Source: an uncultured Methanoregulaceae archaeon
GTDB taxonomy: Archaea > Halobacteriota > Methanomicrobia > Methanomicrobiales > Methanospirillaceae
Direction of reading: 5' to 3'
NCBI GenBank assembly: GCA_963701095.1
Contig: OY969564.1
Coordinates: forward strand, 800,001 to 864,000
Length of the DNA: 64,000 bases
Shown piece after piece: positions 44,111 to 55,200 of this stretch. How positions within the stretch are numbered: position 1 is the stretch's first letter; each line of letters starts with the position of its first letter. The notes below the pieces were generated by a model, which was not told where the DNA came from, did no database searches, and saw nothing but the letters and a program-made list of their open reading frames with translations. Both the position numbers and the translations under genes were made by a program.

Positions 44111-44782
44111 CTAAAAAAGTCCCTTTACGGGCTCAATCAATTTCTCATCATCCGCATCCGTTTTGTTTACCCTCTCCGACACCGGGTATGCTACCATTTC
44201 CTCGGCCGGAAACTGCGCAAGGATCCGGTTGATCTCTTCAGCAGGAATCACTTCGCTGGACAACCACCGCATCTCGTCATCCTGTTTAAGGATAACCGGC
44301 ATCCGGTCGTGGAGAGGAGCAACCATCTCATTAGCGGCAGTCGTGATGATTGTATACGTCTGGAGGATTGCACCAGCCGGGTTCCGCCAGGTATCGTAAA
44401 GCCCGGCAAAGCTAAAAACCGGGTCATCTTTTACGTGGATATAGAAGGGAACTTTACGCCTGCCCTCATTTTTCCATTCATAAAACCCACTCGCAGGAAC
44501 AAGGCAGCGTTGGGATTTCAGGAGATCACTGAACATTGGTTTCTCATCGAGATTTTCTGCCCGGGCATTAATGGGCCGGTGCGTTGTCGTGATATCTTTT
44601 GTCCAGTGCGGAACGAGTCCCCACTGCATCATCACTGCTTCTGCCCGCTCATGAGCAACTATAACCGGGTTCGAACTTCCAGGGGCGATGTTGAAGTGAG
44701 ACCGGAAACCGAGTGTCGGGTCGAGAAGTCGGAACCTGCCGCAGAGGTCATCAATACACCAGAGGGAGTACCGGCCACACAT
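44111..44782 (-). CDS. SOS response-associated peptidase (SRAP/YedK/HMCES family)
   Basis: MCGRY, WGLVP, INARAE, RCLVPASGFYEW, HDRMPVIL. Confidence 0.95.
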   Translation of the reverse strand: MCGRYSLWCIDDLCGRFRLLDPTLGFRSHFNIAPGSSNPVIVAHERAEAVMMQWGLVPHWTKDITTTHRPINARAENLDEKPMFSDLLKSQRCLVPASGFYEWKNEGRRKVPFYIHVKDDPVFSFAGLYDTWRNPAGAILQTYTIITTAANEMVAPLHDRMPVILKQDDEMRWLSSEVIPAEEINRILAQFPAEEMVAYPVSERVNKTDADDEKLIEPVKGLF

Positions 44783-44876
44783 GATAAATGGTCTTTATTG
44801 AGTGGGGAGGCATCAAAGTTTGCAATGAACTCGTTGAATTTTCATCTAATTCTAACCAATGCAAAGAATTCGTGTA

Positions 44877-45932
44877 TTACAATTCACCCTGTTTCGCAAG
44901 ATGAACAAATGGATCTACTTTTGTGATGGTTCCATAGCATTGTTCGGAGGCCGCTTTGCATCCTCCCTTACAAATATCTTTCAATTCAGGAGCACACGAA
45001 ACACATTCATCCGGATATGTTGTCCGGAAATTACAGACATAAGGATGGTGTAAATAAATTTCCTTGATGCTGTCTTTCCTGATATTGCCAAGAATTACAG
45101 GGGAATGGTTGCATATCCGGATATTTCCGTAAGGATCGATAGTGAAATAAGAATTTTCGCCTGCTTTGGGGCAAAATCCTATCAGAATATGTTTGTATTC
45201 TCTTGGGGGAACAACACACGGCTCCAGAACTACTGCAGCGACACTCCGCATGCCATATGTCTCACCGATTTTCTCTAATGTCTCCAAATTTTCCTGAATC
45301 ATAGTTGGCGATGGAAGAAGTTCACGCCAAAAGTGAATATTGTGCGTACCCAGATTGATACGGTTATACATTAATGAATTAGCACCGAGAATAAGTGCAA
45401 GCTCTGCGGTTTTTTGGATATCCTGATAATTCAGTTTTGTTGCTACAAATACAACCGCAAAATTTCCCCCGGCTTTGGAAATATGAATCATGGCATTTAC
45501 GGCAGCGTCCCAAGCACCGGGTCGCCCGGCTAAATGATCATGAACCTCCTTTTTATGACTTAACAATGTGATTTGGTAGGTATTTACAGAATGAACCGTG
45601 GCTGCGATCAGTTCTTTGGTGAGGAGGGTCCCGTTCGTTATAATGACTACAGCGATCCCCCGTTCCTTTACAAACGAAATTAAATCCGGTAAATCGGAAC
45701 GGAGGAGTGGCTCTCCTCCAGAGAAACCAATGATCTCTATCGGGAATTCTTTCTGGAGTTTAATGATGACTTCTTTTATCTCATCTGTTGTCATCTCTTC
45801 CAGAGAGGGTGATGGATTATATTGTTCGTTATCACCCCATACGGTATAGCAATACAAACATCGATTGTTACAACGTTGCGTTACTTCGATGACAACATAC
45901 TTTGGTAAGGTTTCAGGCGTATTTCCATTCAC
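44877..45932 (-). CDS. Radical SAM/SPASM domain protein
   Basis: CNNRCLYC, SGGEPLLR, IDPYGNIRIC, CVSC..CKGGC. Confidence 0.9.
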   Translation of the reverse strand: MNGNTPETLPKYVVIEVTQRCNNRCLYCYTVWGDNEQYNPSPSLEEMTTDEIKEVIIKLQKEFPIEIIGFSGGEPLLRSDLPDLISFVKERGIAVVIITNGTLLTKELIAATVHSVNTYQITLLSHKKEVHDHLAGRPGAWDAAVNAMIHISKAGGNFAVVFVATKLNYQDIQKTAELALILGANSLMYNRINLGTHNIHFWRELLPSPTMIQENLETLEKIGETYGMRSVAAVVLEPCVVPPREYKHILIGFCPKAGENSYFTIDPYGNIRICNHSPVILGNIRKDSIKEIYLHHPYVCNFRTTYPDECVSCAPELKDICKGGCKAASEQCYGTITKVDPFVHLAKQGEL

Positions 45933-45940
45933 GCTGATTC

Positions 45941-46294
45941 CTATTGAGAAAGCTCTTTCGCAGTTTCTTTCGAGATTATTCCCTCATCGACAAACTGTTT
46001 CACCAGGGATTCCTTAACTGCCGTGTCAATCGTCGGTGAGATTACATCTATGACTGGATAGTAGCACAAGATAGGCCGATGCCCCCAAATGAACCCGACA
46101 ACAAATTGCTGAGGTTCGGATAGCAGCACTTCAACCTCTGTTCCTACAAGTGAGGCAATGGTCTTTTTATCGATCTGCGGCCCAAGTGGAAGCAGCTGTT
46201 TTTTCTGCTTTCCTTTCAGGCTTGGAATCTCGAGATAATGTTCTCCACCCTCAACAACAACTTTCCCCTTTACTTTGTTGGACGACATGTTCAT
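45941..46294 (-). CDS. Small protein co-transcribed with the radical SAM gene
   Basis: 8-bp gap to rSAM start; RPILCYYP. Confidence 0.6.
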   Translation of the reverse strand: MNMSSNKVKGKVVVEGGEHYLEIPSLKGKQKKQLLPLGPQIDKKTIASLVGTEVEVLLSEPQQFVVGFIWGHRPILCYYPVIDVISPTIDTAVKESLVKQFVDEGIISKETAKELSQ

Positions 46295-46542
46295 TCACCC
46301 GATTCAGATCATTTCAGTTATAGTATTTAATTATTTATATTCTACACAATTGAAATTTTACAATGCTATTAAAATTTTTAATGTGATTGCTACGAATAAT
46401 GTGAAACTAAACTTGTACCCGGTGCCGATCACTTTCACTCTCCGTATGGCCGGATCCTTATCCACATCAGTGCAGCAGGGATCCGGTGCTATGCACATCG
46501 AGATCCTCGAGCACCCGTACCATGACACTCAGGAGAAGGATC

Positions 46543-48495
46543 GTGTGGATCCTTGACTCCGCGTACCGGGACCGTGGTATCGATCTCTGGATTAAGGACG
46601 GACCAGTAACAAAAACCCATTACGATTACCGGCCGCCTTTTTACGTCCACTTCCACGACCCTCACGTTCATCAGGAGATGATCGAAGCACTGGAAGAGCG
46701 GCATGATGCGGAAGAGTGCGCCATCAAAACCGTCTTTGGCGAACTCCCCGGGTATGCAGTTACCGCAGGCCGGGATGTGGCCGAAGCGATAGAACGTCAG
46801 GCACAATTCGATGTCGATATCTTCAACGTTGATGTACGCAGGGACCAGCGGTTCATGGCCGAACGTGGGATCTGTCCGTGTATGGGAAAAGGGGATGACC
46901 GGTTTTCCCCGGAAATCGTACACAATCTTACCGTAATGGAGATTGAGATCCAGGGCAACCCGGCACTCTCCTCGCAGTTCACGGAAATTGAAATAAAAGG
47001 AATCCACACGGAACGGCTCACCGGTGAGAACCATGAAGTCCTCGCTGAACTCTTCGGCCTCGTCAATTCGCTTGACCCTGATGTCATCCTCATGCCGGAT
47101 GCCGATACCTGGATGCCGAAGATCCGGAAACTGGCACAACAATATGATCTGGTCATGCCTTTCTCGCGGAACGGCAAGTACCGGCAGATGGACGCCCGAT
47201 CGTACTGGAGTTACGGCAGGATGGAACACAAGGAATCTGCGCTTATTCCCGATGGGCGTATCCTGATCGATACCGAACAGTCGTTCGTGTACCGGGAGGG
47301 TGGTCTGGATGCAGTCCTCATGGCCGCCCGGCTTACAGGACTCTCGCCGAACTTAGCGTCCCGGTTCACGCCCGGAACCCTCATCAGCAGTGACGAGGTC
47401 TACGAAGCAGTAAAACGTGGGATTGCAGTGCCGTTCCGCAAAAGGGATCCGGAGCAGAGCCGTAAGCTCTCAGTTCTCCAGACCGCTGACCGGGGAGGTA
47501 TGATGTTCCAGCCAGAGCCAGGGACATTTGAGAATGTCGAGGAGATCGATTATACATCCATGTATCCCTCCATCATTGTAAAATCAAACCTCTCGCCGGA
47601 GACGGTCGGGCATCAGGAACGTGCGGGATTCCTTCCTGCGGTGCTCAAGCCGCTGCTCGAACTCCGTGTCAAAACCAAGCAGCTCAAGAAGACCGATCCA
47701 CGATTTGCCGGTACTGATGCAATTCTCAAGTGGATGCTCGTCACCTGTTTCGGGTACACGGGTTACAAGAATGCGAAGTTCGGGAGAATAGAGGTGCATG
47801 AGGGGATCACCGGCCGTTCCCGGGAAATCCTGATACAAACCAAAGAGATCGCCGAAAAGATGAATTTCCGGGTACTGCATGGGATCGTAGATTGTCTCTG
47901 GGTGCAGGGATCTCCGATCAAAGCACTCAGGGAACGGGTCGAGCGTGAAACTGATCTGCTCCTTGAAATTGACCACTTCGACTGGATCGTTTTTCTGCCT
48001 CTCGCGGATGGTTTTGGTGCCTATAACCGGTATTATGGCAGGCAACCGGATGGTAGTATCAAGGTCCGGGGAATTGCCGCTCGGAAACATGACACGCCAG
48101 AGTACATCCGGGAGATGCAACGCCGGATGCTGGATGTCATGGCCCGGGCAAAAACGATCGCTGAACTCAAAGTGACACAGGATGAAGTCACAGCAATTTA
48201 CCGGGAAACGATAAACAGACTGCCATCAGCGGACCCAAAGGAAATGATGATCAACCGCCGGATTAGCCGGCTCACGTATGCGCACCGGTGCATTGAAGGC
48301 GCAGCAGTGCAGGCATACCGGGATAACAAGATAGAGATCGCACCCGGTATGAAGATCCAGTACGTGGTGACCGATGCCCGGCGGTACAAGGTGGAACCTT
48401 CATGGTGCGCATCATCGTTTGATGTCGGATATTACCGGGAATTGATCGATAAGGCATATGGCGAGATCACGTTCGCATTTTCTCAGGCAGGATAA
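46543..48495 (+). CDS. Family B DNA polymerase, PolB2-like
   Basis: [30 protein letters not shown] in place of YGDTDS; GTG start after AGGAG. Confidence 0.85.
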   Translation: MWILDSAYRDRGIDLWIKDGPVTKTHYDYRPPFYVHFHDPHVHQEMIEALEERHDAEECAIKTVFGELPGYAVTAGRDVAEAIERQAQFDVDIFNVDVRRDQRFMAERGICPCMGKGDDRFSPEIVHNLTVMEIEIQGNPALSSQFTEIEIKGIHTERLTGENHEVLAELFGLVNSLDPDVILMPDADTWMPKIRKLAQQYDLVMPFSRNGKYRQMDARSYWSYGRMEHKESALIPDGRILIDTEQSFVYREGGLDAVLMAARLTGLSPNLASRFTPGTLISSDEVYEAVKRGIAVPFRKRDPEQSRKLSVLQTADRGGMMFQPEPGTFENVEEIDYTSMYPSIIVKSNLSPETVGHQERAGFLPAVLKPLLELRVKTKQLKKTDPRFAGTDAILKWMLVTCFGYTGYKNAKFGRIEVHEGITGRSREILIQTKEIAEKMNFRVLHGIVDCLWVQGSPIKALRERVERETDLLLEIDHFDWIVFLPLADGFGAYNRYYGRQPDGSIKVRGIAARKHDTPEYIREMQRRMLDVMARAKTIAELKVTQDEVTAIYRETINRLPSADPKEMMINRRISRLTYAHRCIEGAAVQAYRDNKIEIAPGMKIQYVVTDARRYKVEPSWCASSFDVGYYRELIDKAYGEITFAFSQAG

Positions 48496-48569
48496 TATAA
48501 TCTGAGGTTGGGTGGTTTCGAACCCATTACCTCAAAACCCTGATATTTATTGCACACAAATGTGACTGC

Positions 48570-48728
48570 ATGACAATCCAAAGTGAGCAAACTACCCTCC
48601 CATTTGAGCAAAATGTCCACCCCTTAAATGTTACAATGAGTGATCTGAAGCAGTTTGAAGAACTCACAGGTCTCCCCGGAATAGCAAAACAAATGATTCG
48701 AGAAAAAATCGTAAAGGTTAAAGATTGA
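48570..48728 (+). CDS. Small hypothetical protein (52 aa) next to tRNA
   Basis: MTIQSEQTTLPF..FEELTGLPGIAKQMIREK; below the ORF track cutoff. Confidence 0.35.
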   Translation: MTIQSEQTTLPFEQNVHPLNVTMSDLKQFEELTGLPGIAKQMIREKIVKVKD

Positions 48729-48759
48729 TACAAAAAGAGTGAATATCCTTTTTAATTCA

Positions 48760-48833
48760 AGCCTATGGCGAGATTTGAACTCGCGACTTCTTCCTTACCA
48801 AGGAAGCACACTGCCGGGCTGTGTCACATAGGC
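48760..48833 (-). tRNA. tRNA-Thr(GGT), complete
   Basis: GCCTATG/CATAGGC acceptor stem, ACAC/GTGT D-stem, CTTCC-TTGGTAA-GGAAG anticodon arm, TTCAAAT T-loop, U73. Confidence 0.9.
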
Positions 48834-49043
48834 AATTGCTTTTTCATTTTTGGTTTTTCTTCTATTTATGCTAAGGAGGAACTCATTTCCACGACGTCTT
48901 TACCAAGGAAGCACACTGCCGGGCTGTGTCACATAGGCAATTGCTTTTTCATTTTTGGTTTTTCTTCTATTTATGCTAAGGAGGAACTCATTTCCACGAC
49001 GTCTTTACCAAGGAGGTACTCTGCCGGGCTGAGTCACTTAGGC
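48795..49043. repeat. 105-bp tandem repeat of tRNA-Thr 5' half plus 66-bp spacer (two copies plus a divergent third half-tRNA); probable attachment site
   Basis: TTACCAAGGA recurs at 48795, 48900 and 49005. Confidence 0.9.
49005..49043 (-). pseudogene. 5' half of a different tRNA-Thr(GGT) allele, broken just after the anticodon loop
   Basis: GCCTAAGTGACTCAGCCCGGCAGAGTACCTCCTTGGTAA followed by non-tRNA spacer. Confidence 0.8.
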
Positions 49044-49201
49044 GTGTTTCTTCTACATCCTGCTCCTGTGAGGAATCAATTGGTTTTTACCGGAACATAA
49101 TACCGGCTTTAATCGCACAGGCAGGTTGCCTAGATACATTGTCGGTGAATATTATAAAATATTGCGGAGACTCTCTGGATTTCCCGGAGTTTACGCTCTA
49201 T

Positions 49202-49915
49202 TCAGAGCATCCGTTCCAGCATATGCATACTTGCGACCGCACCTGCGAAGTCTTCAACCTCAATTACCGGGGATCCGCCACTTTTTTTAACGGCACTCAT
49301 GACGGGTGAAAAATCGATAGTGCCCCTGCCAACAGCCCAGTGTGAATCGGCAGAGCTATCATTGTCATGCAGATGGTAGTGCCGGGCAGGGATGGAAAGA
49401 AATGATGCCAGGCAGTGATTCTGGTGCGCATGCCCTACATCGAGGGTAAAACCATAACCTTCGATCAAGTGGAGCTCATCTGGTGTTTTCAGGAAGAAAT
49501 ATTCCCAGTCCCCCATGTTCTCGACCGAAAACGATACACCGTATTCTTGTGCTGCGGCAGAAAGGTGCCTAAGCGATACCGCAAGCTGTTGTGCTGCCTG
49601 CGCTCGTTCCTCAGGCCACGCAAAGTACCCGGGGTGTACGACAACTTCCGCCCCTACTTCCGCTGCGATGGCAAAACATTCCTCCATCACCACAACACTT
49701 CCCCGCCGGATAGGTTCGAGCAGGCTTGCAAGATTCGTCCCCCGGCAGGGAGCATGGATGGAGAAGGTACAGGAGTAGGATAACAGCGGTTCAGCACTGC
49801 TAAGGAAATGGAGACCTTCATCCATCACTTCGATTGATCCTGTTACGTTGGAGATCCTTTCCAATGCTACCGGAAGGGGTTCGTGGTGGAGGCAGAGCGT
49901 GGAGATGCCAATCAT
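49202..49915 (-). CDS. Sugar phosphate isomerase/epimerase (AP endonuclease 2 TIM barrel)
   Basis: SIHAP, VVVHPG, VENM, LDVGHAH, HLHDN..DSH. Confidence 0.85.
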   Translation of the reverse strand: MIGISTLCLHHEPLPVALERISNVTGSIEVMDEGLHFLSSAEPLLSYSCTFSIHAPCRGTNLASLLEPIRRGSVVVMEECFAIAAEVGAEVVVHPGYFAWPEERAQAAQQLAVSLRHLSAAAQEYGVSFSVENMGDWEYFFLKTPDELHLIEGYGFTLDVGHAHQNHCLASFLSIPARHYHLHDNDSSADSHWAVGRGTIDFSPVMSAVKKSGGSPVIEVEDFAGAVASMHMLERML

Positions 49916-50050
49916 TCAAGGAGCATGTACGGTCAGATCCCCATAAACATGCTGATCCAATTTGGGGAGTGACGAGCGTTGCGAATCCACGTGAAGTCAT
50001 TCCGTTTTTTAGTACCGGGCCATCTCCTGAGGAAAAAAGAGATTATTGTT

Positions 50051-51072
50051 TCATATGTACATCAACTGCGGGAACGGGATTTCGATTCCTTCACGTGAGA
50101 ACCGGTGTGCAACCCTGACGTTGATGGCATCCTTGACCTCGTCCGGGAGGTTATAGGCTTTTGCCCAGACATAGATCACAAATTTCAGGCTTGAATCCCC
50201 GAACTCCTGGAAAAAAATCCTCGGTCCCGGTTCATCAGCAAAATAATCGGTATTTTTAATCGCATCTTCGACAATCTCGAAAAGCACTTCCTTGACGCGG
50301 GAGACATCGTTCCCGTAAGCGACAGTTACCGGGATCGTATACCGGACTTGGGGATTGGGTTCTGAGTAATTGACAACACTACTTGACGTAATCTTGTTGT
50401 TAGGGATCGTGACAATCTTACCGTCAACGGTCCGGACCGGGTGCTCCGCGTACCGATCGCAACCACGTCACCGCAGAAGGCATCTATCTCGATACGGTCA
50501 CCTGTTTTGAAAGGTTTATCGACCGTGATAATCGCGCCGCCAAAAAAGTTGGAGATCAGATCCTGTGCAGCAAGGGCAAAGGCCAGACCAGCGATACCGG
50601 CACCGGCAAGGAAAGGGGTAATATTGATCTCGAGGTTGACAAAGACCAGCATGATCCCGGCAAACCAGACCACGTACCGCACGGCAAGTTCAAGGAGATC
50701 AACAATCCGGTCATCCGCGTCCCCCTCAGTCATTGCGGCAAGCTGGCGGCCGTAGATCCGGATGATATCATGAAGAAAAGAGGAGGCGATCCAGGTCCCC
50801 AGCAGAATAAGGATCGAATTGAGCACCTTATCGGAGATAATCCAGGCATATTGCTCCGGAACGATGTTAAAATCCTTAAGGGCGATATAGACCGAGATAG
50901 CAACGATCCCGATCTGAACCGGCGTGCCAATAGCGGCAACGATGATATCATCCCATTTTGTGTTGGTCGTTTCGGCATATTTCCGGAGCCACCGCACGAT
51001 CATCCGTGCAATGCCAGCTACGGCAAGACCGGGAAGAAGGCTCAGGGCCGCGAAGAGGACGTTATCATCCAT
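50051..51072 (-). CDS. mscS: Small-conductance mechanosensitive channel; frameshift near 50435
   Basis: AGAGIAGLAFALAAQD..NFFGG..DKPFKTGD; FGDSSLKF; GIEIPFPQ. Confidence 0.9.
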
Positions 51073-51115
51073 ACGTAAACTTATGTTGCAGGGTTCTAAA
51101 TAAGTATAAGATAGT

Positions 51116-52143
51116 ATGGCGACGGGAAACGATATTGCAGCAGCGCTCCGCGGGCTTGTGGACCGGGATATGACTTTTATGCACATCTGCGGTACGCATG
51201 AAGCTGCGATTGCCCGTACGGGTTTACGCAGTATCCTGCCCGCCGGGTTAAAGATCGTTATGGGCCCCGGATGCCCTGTATGCATCACGCCCCAGGGGGA
51301 GATCGACGCTGCGCTCGATCTTGTGGAAAAGGACTGTATTATCGCGACCTACGGCGACCTGCTCAGGGTACCCGGCTCCAAGGGATCTCTTGAATCCTGC
51401 GGCGGGGATGTGCGGATTGTGCAGGGAATTCATAAAGCGGTCGAAATTGCCGGAAAGACCGATAAAGAAGTCGTTTTTATCTCGGTTGGTTTTGAAACAA
51501 CTGCACCTACCGTCGCTGCATCTATTCTGACAAGGCCACCGGAAAATTTCTCCATCCTTTCCTGTCACCGTGTCGTTCCCCCGGCGATGAAATGGCTGCT
51601 TGAACAGGGAGAGGCTAAACTTGACGGTTTTGTTCTTCCCGGTCACGTCTGCACGGTCATGGGGTACGAAGAATACGAACAGTTCCCGGTCCCCCAGGTC
51701 GTTGCCGGTTTCGAAGCCGAAGACATCCTGCTTGGTCTTGTCATGCTCGTCGAGCAGATCCGCGAAGGGACGCACCGGGTCGACAACGCATACCCGCGTG
51801 CAGTCACCAGGGAAGGAAACATAAAAGCAAAGAAGATCATGTATGACGTCTTCGAACCTTCCGATGTCGAATGGCGGGGGTTCCCGGTCATCCCGCACTC
51901 CGGGCTCAGGCTCAAAAAAGAGTTCGAAAAGTACGATGCCCAGAAGAAGTTTGATATCGTATACAGGAAAGTGAGCAAGCACTCCGCTTGCATCTGCGAC
52001 CGAGTACTGCGTGGTATCGCCGAACCAACAGACTGCAAACTTTTCGGAAAAGTCTGCACACCCCGGACCCGGTCGGGCCGTGTATGGTAAGCCACGAGGG
52101 CGCCTGCAAAATCTGGCATCTCTACCATGTAAAAAAGCAGTAA
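51116..52143 (+). CDS. hypD: Hydrogenase maturation protein HypD; frameshift near 52070
   Basis: CGTHE, GPGCPVC, GFETTAP, PGHV; second frame PVGPCMVSHEGAC. Confidence 0.95.
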
Positions 52144-52149
52144 GAAATT

Positions 52150-52166
52150 GGCTCTGTAGAAATCCT
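52150..52166 (+). repeat. Dispersed repeat GGCTCTGTAGAAATCCT
   Basis: Identical to 5947-5963. Confidence 0.6.
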
Positions 52167-52273
52167 CACGGACCTTTTTTTACTCTCGATAATATCCCCA
52201 TAGTTCCTTTTTCTCATATGAAAGAAGTCTTAAAAAACGATTGGGGGTTGCCCGGTCTTTCAAGGGTTCCGCA

Positions 52274-55200
52274 TCAATCGTAGTCCCGGAACAACGACGG
52301 GTTCTGGCGCTGGATCCACCAGCGGCGGATGTACCAGCCGGATCCGATAAGCGTTATACCACTTCCTCCTACCAATACAACGAACATATACGGGAAACCT
52401 CCAGATGGGGTAGGTGCTCGGTACGCAGCCACGGTCTGCTGGGCCAATTCGGACCCTGTGACACTAGGTGGTATTTCCTGTTGTTGCTGCTGGACGGCCG
52501 GTGGGGAGGGAGGTTGCTCGGCCGGGCCGGTATAACCCTGTCCATTCGTACCGGATCCGGACCAATAGTCGGATCCCGACCGACTACCGTATGATGACGA
52601 CCCACTTCCTCCAGGACTGCCTGACGAGCTTGATGAGACTGCCACTAAGGCGAACGTCGAAAGACCGGTGGGCGAGACTGCGGTAAAGACATCGTTACCG
52701 CTTGAATCCGTACCAACAAACGTGGTTGTCAGTAACGTAGTCGTGCCGGTATCGGTCTGGTGCATAATCAGGATATGGGACGTTCCACCGTTAACCGCCA
52801 CCCATGCAGGGCTTGCTGCCATCGTGATGGTCGCACTTAAGATGATCCCGCCATTTGCTGAGTTATCAATACCGGTCTTGGAAAACGAAATTGTGTATGC
52901 CAGAGCGTCGATCTTGTCTCCGGCACTTGATGCTGCAAGAGTAAACGAACTCTGGGCAGAGGGTGATGGACTGGATGATATCGTGCTTGTAATAGATGCA
53001 TCTGATCCCGGTACCTGGGTCATATCAAGACTTACGGAGACGTTAGGGTTACCTAAACTCGATATCGGAACGATCTCCGGCTGGATCGAGGCCTGAACAC
53101 TACTAACGGTTCCGGTATAATTCCCGGCATTCTGTTGAGGCGGCCTGGTGAAGGTCACGGAAAGGTTGCTCCAGCTGCTGCCCGGGTTGTTAACCGTAAC
53201 TGTGTTCCCGGAGGCCGGGTTGCCCATAGTGCTGATATTCACCTGCTGCGTGGTACCTGCAGAAGTAATATTTACACCAGTAAACGAGCAGCTGTTGGTA
53301 ATAATGACCGGTGCAGAGACATTGATATACCCGGTTTTGGATGTAATGTTGCTGCCACCGCTGTTGGATGCGGTGAGGTTGACGGTATAAGTTCCTGCAA
53401 ATGAATAGGTATACGACGGGTTCTTGCTGGTCGAGGTATTACCATCCCCAAACGCCCATAACCAGCCGGTCGGTAAACCGGTTGACGTATCCGCGAACTG
53501 GACAGTTACCGGTGCTATCCCGGTCAAAGGTGTAGCCGTAAAAAATGCAACGGGTGCGGTCCCGCTAATTACCGCCGGCGAGACGATGATCGGGGTCAGG
53601 TTGGTAAAAGTATTGCTGCCTGACTCATTGCTGACGGTCAGAGATACGGAGTATGTGCCTATAGAATACAAGACGTTCGGATTCGATGAAACAGTGGTAT
53701 TATACCAGACGCCGTCACCAACACTCCAGTTCCACATTGTCCCTTTGTAGACTAACGAATGGTCTGTGAACTGGACAAGAACCGGGGAACTACCGGACGA
53801 AGGAGTGAACGTAAAAGCAGCTGTTGGCGGATGGGATATACTATACGTGAAAAGGTCGGCAGATGAGGTCAGGCTCGTACCTCCAGCTGTAGTAACGGTA
53901 ATATCAACCGTTCCGCTTGTGTTTGCAGGAGAGATCGCGTCTATCGACGTATCTGAATTCACCACAAATGACACGGCAGGAACTGTACCGAATTCTACGG
54001 CTGTTGCACCGGTAAACCCGTTACCGGTTAATACAACCGGGGTACCACCTGCAGTGATACCGTTTGTCGGGTTGATACTGCTGACTACAGGTACAGATGC
54101 ATACGTAAACGTCCCTGTTGTCGAGTCTGGCATATTGCCTTCCACATATACCGAAACCGGACCTGCAATGGTGCTTGAGGGTGATTCAATCTTAACCATC
54201 GTGTCTGAGAGATAGATCGGAGGCGAAACAAAAGTATTACCAAAAAAGACCCCCATTGCCTTCGTGAACCCGCTTCCTGTTATGGTCACAAGAGTATTCC
54301 CATTCAAAGAACCGCTTGCAGGAGATATGCTCGTAATAATTGGCTGGTAATGAATGGTAATCGTGTTCGTATTTCCATAGATCGTTTTCACAGCAACGTC
54401 TAAAGTGGTGTAACTGGAACTTGACGGAGCGGCAGCTGCAATCGTGGAGTCGTTAACGATGGTAAATCCGGTTGTCGGTATACCGCCAAACATGACCGCT
54501 GACGCCCCGGTAAAACCGCCACCGGTGATAGATACCGTACCTCCCGAGAGAGGCAGTGCGGTAGGATTCACGCTGGTTATCACCGGGACATAGGTAAACG
54601 TTTCCGGCTGGCTGGTACCTCCCGGTGTTGTTACCACGATATTTACATTTCCAGCGCCAGTCGTACTGGGCGGAAGGGTAACCGAAATATCCGAATCGGA
54701 CACTACTGTAAAACCGGGTGCCGGGTTATTCCCAAACGATACGTTGGTCGTCCCGGATAACCCGGTGCCGTAAATATCCATAGGAGACAGGCTACCTCCA
54801 GGTACATACCCGCTGGACATACTCAGGCCGGTAATATGGGGGACTGGTGGAAGGGAATAGGTATAGGTTACCGTATCACTAAAACCGCTACCCTGACCAC
54901 CTTTCACAGCGACATTTACCGGACCGGTCCCGGATGAACTGGTCGGTGTGGTCACCGTGATCTCCGTATCTGACACCACATTGAAATTGGACCCCCAATT
55001 CGAGCCAAAAAGGACACCTGTTGCCCCGGTAAATCCAACACCCGTGACCATTATTGGTGTACCCCCGGTGGATTGGCCGCTGGTCTGATCCAGCGAGGTT
55101 ATCACCGGGTCATAGACAAAGGTCAGCGGGTTGAGCGACCCTGACGTATCTGATACATGCATGGTAACCGCACGAGCACCAGTAACCGGAGGTGATAGTG

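Noticed and set aside
46543..48495. Viral replicative polymerase or casposon/pipolin PolB
   Set aside because: HGIVD motif and SRAP context match cellular PolB2; no cas1-like integrase or terminal repeats seen
48795..49043. Possible CRISPR array
   Set aside because: The spacers are identical and the repeat is a tRNA half; no cas operon
48939..49043. Intron-containing tRNA-Thr (break near the canonical 37/38 site)
   Set aside because: No matching 3' half (GGAGG...CTTAGGC) follows and no bulge-helix-bulge was seen; the nearest 3' half pairs with the other allele
48765..49100. 111-aa ORF with an internal repeat
   Set aside because: Shadow of the antisense tRNA and 105-bp repeat
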